Of a stretch of 64,000 nucleotides of DNA, positions 57,397 through 64,000 are shown piece by piece (positions within the stretch are counted from its first letter, which is position 1; the number at the start of each line of letters is the position of its first letter). Source of the DNA: an uncultured Planctomycetia bacterium. GTDB lineage: Bacteria > Omnitrophota > Gorgyraeia > 2-02-FULL-51-18. Both the position numbers and the translations under genes were made by a program. The notes beneath the pieces were generated by a model. That model searched no databases and was not told where the DNA came from. It saw only the letters and a list, made by a program, of their open reading frames with translations. The DNA lies in assembly GCA_964431835.1 (NCBI GenBank), contig CAYSKO010000004.1, forward strand, positions 71,519 to 135,518, in the 5' to 3' direction.

Positions 57397-58783
57397 GGGG
57401 GCTGGCCTGTTGGGGTTGGGGACTACGGGGGTTGAGGACCGCGTGGAAACGCATGGCCTTGAGCATGACGCCGATCAGGAACCAGAAATACCAGTTGAGC
57501 GCGAGGTAGTAGAACATGTTGTCCGCGACCGAGCTCAAGAGATACGTGATCACGTACGAGAGGACGACCGCGTATTCCGCCGAGAGCTTCGGCAGGCCCG
57601 CTCGCACGCGCGAAAAGAACGCGCGGATGATGCCGATATAGATCGCGACGTACGCGAGAAGCCCCGCGATGCCGGTCTCGAAGAGGATCTGCACGTAGGT
57701 ATTGTGCGCGTCCACCCCGACCTTGCGCTCGAGCAGGAAGAAGCTGCGGGAATACTGGCTGAACGTCGAAAGACCGTAACCGAAGAAAAAGCGCTCTTTG
57801 ATCCACGGCATCGCGCTTTTCCAGAGCTCCACGCGCCATTCTAACGAGTTCATGCGCTGAGAAGAACCACCGCCGAGATCCCCGGCGCGGTCCGCAATCT
57901 GAGGCAGCGCCATGCCTGCCACGACCGCCAGGAGCGAGATGACGAGATACTTCCTCTCTTTGATGAGCCCGTAGATGAAGAAAAGAAGCCAGCATGAGAT
58001 CCAGGCGTTGCGCGTCTTCGTTCCCAGGAGAAGAAAGAAGAGGTTCGCCATGTAGAGCAGGATCACGGCTTTCCTCCAGCCCGTCACGCGGAAATGCGCG
58101 GACTTCAGGATATAGAAGAAGAGCGCGATCGCGAAGACGAGATAGAACGCGAGGATGTTCGGATGCGTGAACGTGCCCAGGATGCGGCTGCCCGCGTCCT
58201 CGAACGTGCGGCCGCCACGCACGAGATCCACGTTGGCGAAGATCACCGGCAGGACGGATGACCAGGCAAGGACCTTGATCCAGCGCTTTTTGTCGTTCAC
58301 GTGGGAATCGATCAGGAACGGCAAAAGCGCCATGCAAAGATAGCTCGTCAGATTGAAGAAAAACCGGATCGCCGTAAACGGCGCCGGCGAATAGAACACG
58401 GCGACAAGGCACACCACCAGGAACGGCAGCCAGCTCTTGAAAAGACGGTTGTTGCGAAGTTCGCCGATGTGACGGAAACCAAGCGCGAACGTGAGCATGA
58501 GGACGAAGAGGTTCAGAACCGCGCCGAACCCGAGCCCGCCGCTTTCCCCTTTTGTCATATTGAGCACCGGGTCGAGCAGCGCACGGGAGAAAAGGATCAG
58601 CGTAACCATGAGCCGGATGTCCAGCGCGACGATGAGGAAAAGAAGGCAGACGAACGGAAGCGCGAAAAGGAATACCGGCTTCTCTATCGCCATCGGCAAG
58701 ATTTTAATGAGGCCGAGGCCGAGCGCACCCCCGAAAACCAGGGCGGCCCAGACGTTCAGCCTATGCGCGGGCGAGCTCAGCAT
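57365..58783 (-). CDS. Wzy polymerase / O-antigen ligase family membrane protein
   Basis: Polytopic; GTFTHPN, TRNAW, GYG and DAHNTY motifs; AAGGAG SD. Confidence 0.88.
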   Translation of the reverse strand: MLSSPAHRLNVWAALVFGGALGLGLIKILPMAIEKPVFLFALPFVCLLFLIVALDIRLMVTLILFSRALLDPVLNMTKGESGGLGFGAVLNLFVLMLTFALGFRHIGELRNNRLFKSWLPFLVVCLVAVFYSPAPFTAIRFFFNLTSYLCMALLPFLIDSHVNDKKRWIKVLAWSSVLPVIFANVDLVRGGRTFEDAGSRILGTFTHPNILAFYLVFAIALFFYILKSAHFRVTGWRKAVILLYMANLFFLLLGTKTRNAWISCWLLFFIYGLIKERKYLVISLLAVVAGMALPQIADRAGDLGGGSSQRMNSLEWRVELWKSAMPWIKERFFFGYGLSTFSQYSRSFFLLERKVGVDAHNTYVQILFETGIAGLLAYVAIYIGIIRAFFSRVRAGLPKLSAEYAVVLSYVITYLLSSVADNMFYYLALNWYFWFLIGVMLKAMRFHAVLNPRSPQPQQASPHAHLRRRPVV

Positions 58784-59903
58784 ACACGCTCTCCTTTTGT
58801 TTGGCGACGACACGGATGTCGAAACGGTCGCGGCAGGTTTCGTAGCCGCGCCGTCCGACACGGACGCGCAAGGCCTCGTCCTCGAGGAGCCGCGTGACGG
58901 CTGAAGCCCAGCCCGCGGCCGAAAACGGATCGAGGAGGACGCCGCTTTCCCAGTCGGCGAGAAATTCGTCGTTGCAGCCCACACCGGAAGAAACGACCAC
59001 CGGCACCGCCATGCTCATGGCCTCGAGGATCGAAATGGAGTGCAGTTCGAGGAAAGACGGCAGGAGGAAAACGTCGGCGAACGCCAGGAGCTTCATCGGA
59101 TCGGGATGAAAACCAATGAAACGGACCCCCTCTTCGAGCCCTTCGCGGCGGACCCGGGCTTTCAGGTCTTCGAAAAGCGGGCCGTCTCCTGAGATCACAA
59201 ACACGGCGTTCGGCACGCGCTTTAGAACCTCCGGCGCGACGTCCAAGATCAGCTCCACGTTCTTTTCGGGCGCCATGCGGCAGGTCGTAAGGATGACACG
59301 CGCGTTCTCGGGAAGCCCCAGAGCGCGCTTGGCGGAGGGGTCCGGCGTACGCTCGCGCATCGGGATGCCGTTTTGGATCTCCACGATGCGGGGCGCCGCG
59401 CACAGGCCGTTCCGGACTAGATACTCGCGGTTCTGGCGCGTGAGTACGATCACGCGGTCCGAGAAGCCTTTTAGGTATTTGACGTAGCTGTACTGCGCGT
59501 TCTCACCGCGGCGGCGGCGGAACTCCTCTGGGTCGAGATAGCGGAAATCATGCACGTGCTCGACCACCTTCGCGCCGGCGAGCTTCGCTGCGAGCGTTCC
59601 CCAGACGTGGGAGTTGAAGTTGTGGGTGTGGACGATTTGGATCCTGTTCCGCCGGATGTACCGCGCCAGGCGCCAGACGATCCCGAGCGTGGCAGCGCTT
59701 TTGACCCGGTGGCTTTTCTCCGCGTACTTGAAAAGACGGACGCCGCCCTCACGGAAGCGCTGCTCGATCTCCCCACCGTAGGAGAAACCGACGTGGATCT
59801 CGAAGCGCTCGGGATCGGTGGCGCGCACGAGGTTGAACAGGTTCGTCTCGGCGCCGCCCAGGCTGAGCGTCTTAATGAGATGAAGGACGCGTATCTTATC
59901 CAT
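58761..59903 (-). CDS. Glycosyltransferase family 4
   Basis: GGAE, NGI and ADVFLLPS...E...LEAM motifs. Confidence 0.92.
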   Translation of the reverse strand: MDKIRVLHLIKTLSLGGAETNLFNLVRATDPERFEIHVGFSYGGEIEQRFREGGVRLFKYAEKSHRVKSAATLGIVWRLARYIRRNRIQIVHTHNFNSHVWGTLAAKLAGAKVVEHVHDFRYLDPEEFRRRRGENAQYSYVKYLKGFSDRVIVLTRQNREYLVRNGLCAAPRIVEIQNGIPMRERTPDPSAKRALGLPENARVILTTCRMAPEKNVELILDVAPEVLKRVPNAVFVISGDGPLFEDLKARVRREGLEEGVRFIGFHPDPMKLLAFADVFLLPSFLELHSISILEAMSMAVPVVVSSGVGCNDEFLADWESGVLLDPFSAAGWASAVTRLLEDEALRVRVGRRGYETCRDRFDIRVVAKQKESVYAELARA

Positions 59904-60483
59904 AGGAGCCGGTCCTTTTCGTGGCGAAGCGAATCGGAGCGGCGTTGCCGTCGCGCATCTTGAGAACTTTCGCGGGAACTCCGCCCACGATCGCGTAAGC
60001 CGGCACGTACCCGACGACCACGGAGCCGGCGGCGACGATCGCGCCGTCACCGATCCGAACGCCCTTGACGATCGTTGCCTTCGCGCCGATCCAGACGTTA
60101 TTGCCGACCTCGATCGGCTTCGAGACGTATCCTTGCTCGCGAATCAGGACGTTCACGTCGTCCGCGCGGTGGTCGTGGTCGTAAAAATGCACCGAGTCCG
60201 CTATGAGACAGTCGTCGCCGATCGTCACTCGCTCGAAGCAGACGACTTTCACGTTCTTGTTGAAGTAATTACGGTCCCCCACCTCGAACAAGCCGCCTTT
60301 GACGTCGACGTCGTAGCCGCGCTGGAACACATTGCCCTGACCGAGGCGCATGCGGCCGCCGCCGTGCAGGATCAGCTTGCCGAACCAGAGGTAATTGCGA
60401 CCCTCGGACCGGAGCTTCCCTAGGAATTGAAGACAGAGAGACCAGTGGACGAACTGCGCGACGATCCGCATCCATCTACTCAT
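59896..60483 (-). CDS. Left-handed beta-helix O-acetyltransferase (LacA/NodL type)
   Basis: [13 protein letters not shown]...[13 protein letters not shown]...GGVPAK. Confidence 0.9.
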   Translation of the reverse strand: MSRWMRIVAQFVHWSLCLQFLGKLRSEGRNYLWFGKLILHGGGRMRLGQGNVFQRGYDVDVKGGLFEVGDRNYFNKNVKVVCFERVTIGDDCLIADSVHFYDHDHRADDVNVLIREQGYVSKPIEVGNNVWIGAKATIVKGVRIGDGAIVAAGSVVVGYVPAYAIVGGVPAKVLKMRDGNAAPIRFATKRTGSYG

Positions 60484-61412
60484 GCACGGCTCCTCCCGAG
60501 AATCATCGAGAAGGTGGAGCCGACACTCGCCATTAGCTTGTCGAATTTCACGGCCTTGCGGTTGAAGAGGAATTCCAGAAGGTCGATCAGCATGAGACCG
60601 AAGAGCGAATAGGCGAACAGGAACTTTGCGACCGGACCGTTCCCTTTGTATTTCTTGAACAGATGGTGGAAGTTCCTCATTTCCATCTGCTTGAGCTCGG
60701 CCTGGTTCAGACGGTTCGAAGTCGAGTAGTTGTGGTGCAGCTTCGCGTCGGGGATCATGACCGCGTTCGATCCGCGTGCGATCCTGTAGGAGAAATCTGC
60801 GTCTTCGCGGAAGCTGTAGCCGGTGAACCATTCGTCGAATTTTTCGTCGCCGATCGAAGTGCGCCGGTAGTTCATGTTGCAGCCGGGCAGAAACTCTACT
60901 TGGATCCTCCGGTCGATTTCGCGCTCGTAGATCGGATACCCAAAGCCCGAGAGCGTCATACGGCCGTCGAAGTTCGAAATCAGGAAAAGCCGCATAATGG
61001 CCTTCCGAAGCGCCCATTTGAGACCGGAGGACTTGTCTTTCACGAACGTGTTGCCGCTCACCGCGCCGAGGGCGGAATCCGCCTCGAAGCACGCGACGAC
61101 TTTTTCGAAATAGTCCGGATAGAGCACGATGTCATCGTCGAGGAAGCTCACGATGTCGCCTTCGACGAGTGAAAGCCCGCGGTTGCGCGCCTTCACGAGG
61201 CTCTTCTCCTCCTGCTCGAAGTAGCGGAAACGCGACGGGCACTGGGGATTCGCGAGTTTCGTCTCGGAAACCACGATCTTCGACTCATTGTTCGTGCTCT
61301 GGTCGACGATGATGATCTCGTACGGCGGACGAGTCTGGATCATCAGCGAGTCGAGCGCCTTTTTGAGATCCGCCGCTCTGTTCATCGTAGGGATGACGAC
61401 GCTGACTTTCAT
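60480..61412 (-). CDS. Glycosyltransferase family 2
   Basis: VSVVIPT, FLDDD, GCNM and REDADF motifs. Confidence 0.92.
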   Translation of the reverse strand: MKVSVVIPTMNRAADLKKALDSLMIQTRPPYEIIIVDQSTNNESKIVVSETKLANPQCPSRFRYFEQEEKSLVKARNRGLSLVEGDIVSFLDDDIVLYPDYFEKVVACFEADSALGAVSGNTFVKDKSSGLKWALRKAIMRLFLISNFDGRMTLSGFGYPIYEREIDRRIQVEFLPGCNMNYRRTSIGDEKFDEWFTGYSFREDADFSYRIARGSNAVMIPDAKLHHNYSTSNRLNQAELKQMEMRNFHHLFKKYKGNGPVAKFLFAYSLFGLMLIDLLEFLFNRKAVKFDKLMASVGSTFSMILGRSRA

Positions 61413-62356
61413 CGGCTGTTCCTTTCGTAGGAGTTTGACATGGAAGAATCAAGACGTTCAACGGGCTCAACGGAAGGATTCATCCTCAGGTATTCACGGC
61501 ACCCTTCGAGATAGCCCAGCCGCGACACGCGCATCAGATAACGGAAATAGGATTCCTTGCCGCCGCCGGCCCGCCACCGCAAGAGCCACGACGACGAGGC
61601 TAGGCGCGTCAATGCGATTTTGCCCGCCAGTACGGCGCGGCTCTGGGCCGGAACGCTCTGGAAGCGTCCGGAGTATTTGTGGTTTAAAAGGCAGGCGCCG
61701 ATCACGTTCTTATGGCTCTGAAGATAGAGGCCTCGCGGCGAGGAGCGGTGATGATGGAAGACGGTCGCGTCCTCGGCGTACGTGAGCCTGAACGAACCGT
61801 CGAGCTGCATCCGCCAGGAAAAATCCGCGTCTCCGCCGGAGACCCATCCGGCTTCGAAAAGACCCGCCGCTTCGAAGACGCAGCGCTTGTAGAAGGCGTT
61901 CGCGGTCTGCGCGTACGGAAGGTACGGGTGCTTGAATGCGGCGCTCTGCGAGAGCATGCCTACGGATACCTGGAATTCCTCGACGAGCGAGCGCGGCTCG
62001 AGCGCGCGGATCGAACCGGCCGCACCGTCCGCCGCCACGAGCCAGCGCACGCCGTTCTTTACCCAGTCACGGTCGACGATGCAGTCCGCGTCCGTGAAAG
62101 CGAATATCTCTCCCGACGCGGCCCGAATCGCGGCGTTCCGAGCGGCGTAGGATCCCCGGCGTGCTTTTTCCTCGATGACGCGGATCGAAGGAAAACGCCG
62201 GACGATCGACGCCGAATCGTCGGTCGAACCGTTGTCCACGAAGAGGATCTCTAGGCGGTCGTTCGGGTAATCGAGCGCGGCGATCGATTCCGCGCACGCC
62301 CGGATCGTGGAGGCACCGTTGTAGAACGGCACGACGACGGTAACGAAAGGATTCAT
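61409..62356 (-). CDS. Glycosyltransferase family 2
   Basis: VDNGSTD, FTDADC and GGDADF motifs. Confidence 0.92.
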   Translation of the reverse strand: MNPFVTVVVPFYNGASTIRACAESIAALDYPNDRLEILFVDNGSTDDSASIVRRFPSIRVIEEKARRGSYAARNAAIRAASGEIFAFTDADCIVDRDWVKNGVRWLVAADGAAGSIRALEPRSLVEEFQVSVGMLSQSAAFKHPYLPYAQTANAFYKRCVFEAAGLFEAGWVSGGDADFSWRMQLDGSFRLTYAEDATVFHHHRSSPRGLYLQSHKNVIGACLLNHKYSGRFQSVPAQSRAVLAGKIALTRLASSSWLLRWRAGGGKESYFRYLMRVSRLGYLEGCREYLRMNPSVEPVERLDSSMSNSYERNSR

Positions 62357-63588
62357 CGCGGGGCCTTTTCCGGGGCGGCGCCGTTCAGCACGCCCTCGAT
62401 CAACGCTTGGTGGGTTTCGAGCATCTCTTTTTTTCGGGAGATGAGGGACCGTCTCAGATCCTCGCGCTCGGCGAAGGTGCGAGCGAGGAGCGACGCCAAG
62501 TCGGCGAGCTCGTCGAGCGGTAGAACACGGTCCTCAAAACCGAACTTCTGGAAAAGCCCGTGGATCTTTCGGAGATAGTATTCGTTTTGGTAGAAACCCA
62601 CCGTGGGTACCCCCGCCGAGAGCGCGAAAACGAGGCTGTGAAGACGCATGCCCGCGAAGAGGTCGAGCCGGCTGATGAGGTAGTACGTCTGCTCGACCGA
62701 AAGCTTCTCGGTGACGACCTCGTAGTCAAGAGCAGGAGACAGATGCCGCGCCAGCTCCCGACCCTCGTCGCGGTCGTCGCAGTGGCCGCTCGTCTCCATC
62801 GGGACGAAGAGCACCCGAACGCGCCCACCTTCGAGCGAGGTGACGAAGATCTCAATCGCCTCGGCGATACGCGCGTAATAGTTTCTCGAACCGTCCCAAT
62901 CGCGCAGATTCACGCCCAGATGAACGACGCCTTCGCCTTCCGAGAAGTAGCGGTCGACGGCGCCGCGTTCGGAAGCCGCGAGCCGGGGCTCGAAAGCCAC
63001 CGCGTCGTCGATGCCGTGAAGCACCTTGGCGCCGAAAGACGCCACTTCCTGGGTCGAATGCGTTTCGCGAAGCACGATCTTATCCGCGGCTTCGAATATC
63101 TCGCGGGCCATTTGCGCGTGGTGGGGCTTCCGGAACGGTCCGAGGGTTTGGCCGAGAAGGTACAGCGGCTTGCCGTTCGCGACGGCGGCCGAGGCGATGA
63201 GGTTCATCTCGGGGAGGTTGTAATCGCTGTTCAGGTACCCCCCGCCAACGAGGATCGCCTTGTCGAAGCCGGCGAGCGCCTCTCGGACGCGTTTGTTGCG
63301 GAGGGACAGGGCGAGGGCCAAGCGCTTCGAGAACGGGAAGAAATCGATGTAAAGTTTGGTCAGAAGGCGCGCGGAGAAGGACTTCCCCTTCAGCCACGCG
63401 AGCGGGTTCCAGCAGAACACCTGATGACGCACGCCGCGGTCGAACTGGATTGAGAAAGCCGGGTCATCCGCCCAAACGAGGAACTCCGCGTGCGGAAACA
63501 GGCGGTCGAGACGGGAAACGGTCGCCTTCAGGATCGCTTCGTCGCCGGGATTCCCCCCGGAATAACCTCCGACTAAAAGAATCTTCAT
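62353..63588 (-). CDS. Polysaccharide pyruvyl transferase family protein
   Basis: NPGDEAIL, GGGY, LRE and GMRLHS motifs. Confidence 0.9.
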   Translation of the reverse strand: MKILLVGGYSGGNPGDEAILKATVSRLDRLFPHAEFLVWADDPAFSIQFDRGVRHQVFCWNPLAWLKGKSFSARLLTKLYIDFFPFSKRLALALSLRNKRVREALAGFDKAILVGGGYLNSDYNLPEMNLIASAAVANGKPLYLLGQTLGPFRKPHHAQMAREIFEAADKIVLRETHSTQEVASFGAKVLHGIDDAVAFEPRLAASERGAVDRYFSEGEGVVHLGVNLRDWDGSRNYYARIAEAIEIFVTSLEGGRVRVLFVPMETSGHCDDRDEGRELARHLSPALDYEVVTEKLSVEQTYYLISRLDLFAGMRLHSLVFALSAGVPTVGFYQNEYYLRKIHGLFQKFGFEDRVLPLDELADLASLLARTFAEREDLRRSLISRKKEMLETHQALIEGVLNGAAPEKAPR

Positions 63589-64000
63589 ATGCCGGCCCTC
63601 AAGGGGGTCGTCTTGTGAGAGGCGACCTCGAGCTCGTGAAGGCGTTTGGCGAGCGCGCGGACGGGCCGCACCGCTTTTCCCGCGGCCGAACGAAGATCGC
63701 TGAGAGCCGCGTAGCTTTTTTGGATGGCCGGGTTCAGCGGCTTGCGGATGCGCGTGAAGCCGGCGAACCACCGGAAGAATTCCTTGGAGCCGTACAAGTC
63801 TTCGAGGCTCTCCGTGTCGAGCGCGTCCTGGATCGACCGCCAGAAATCGAGCGTCCCTTCGCTGCGAAACAGCGAGTAGTAGCCCAGCGTCATGCGGCGC
63901 TTCAGCTCCGGCAGCGTGCGGGCGTCCATGTTGAAGTTGCATTCCGCGGGGTCGACGTTGTTCACGAGAAGCTCGCAGATGGTGCGTAGGCACTTTTCGC
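63585..64000 (-). CDS. C-terminal part of a hypothetical protein of the polysaccharide locus, truncated by the window edge
   Basis: Frame stays open to the window end and reads EKCLRTICELL...; stop overlaps the pyruvyltransferase ATG. Confidence 0.65.
   Translation of the reverse strand, partial: EKCLRTICELLVNNVDPAECNFNMDARTLPELKRRMTLGYYSLFRSEGTLDFWRSIQDALDTESLEDLYGSKEFFRWFAGFTRIRKPLNPAIQKSYAALSDLRSAAGKAVRPVRALAKRLHELEVASHKTTPLRAGI

Noticed and set aside
57365-58783. O-antigen ligase-like gene as a pilin oligosaccharyltransferase
   Set aside because: It is embedded among GT genes about 27 kb from the pilin; a polymerase or ligase role is simpler

Overview
A GC-rich (roughly 60% by eye) bacterial chromosome segment in which every credible gene lies on the minus strand. 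Gene order and protein styles suggest a PVC-superphylum organism, most likely Omnitrophota; this is an inference, not a database result. In transcription order (right to left) the window contains: (i) the distal part of a Wzy-type polysaccharide locus (pyruvyltransferase, three GT2, acetyltransferase, GT4, Wzy/O-antigen ligase, secreted GH74-like beta-propeller, WecG/TagA), followed by an SxtI-like carbamoyltransferase and SxtJ; (ii) yggS-proC-yggT-ileS-dksA-lspA-lgt-rluD-aroA; (iii) mreBCD-mrdA-rodA; (iv) a type IV pilus locus (degenerate HAMP-GGDEF, pilT, stand-alone MshEN protein, two pilB paralogs, pilC, a pilin with a long structured 5' UTR, a TMTC-like GT-C/TPR protein, pilMNOPQ); (v) rng-rplU-rpmA-obgE-proBA-nadD-rsfS-argS-(short)mfd-ppiC-surA-pdxA-rsmA-terC; (vi) uvrA-TPR-exbB-exbD-tonB-Zn-ribbon membrane protein, then a wHTH gene and cutA. 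I saw no tRNA, rRNA, CRISPR or mobile element. The best leads are the c-di-GMP-type control and glycosylation module of the pilus locus, the pilin leader RNA, a minimal Mfd, an apparent ATC start for rsfS, several leaderless-type promoters, and an orphan TonB motor operon.
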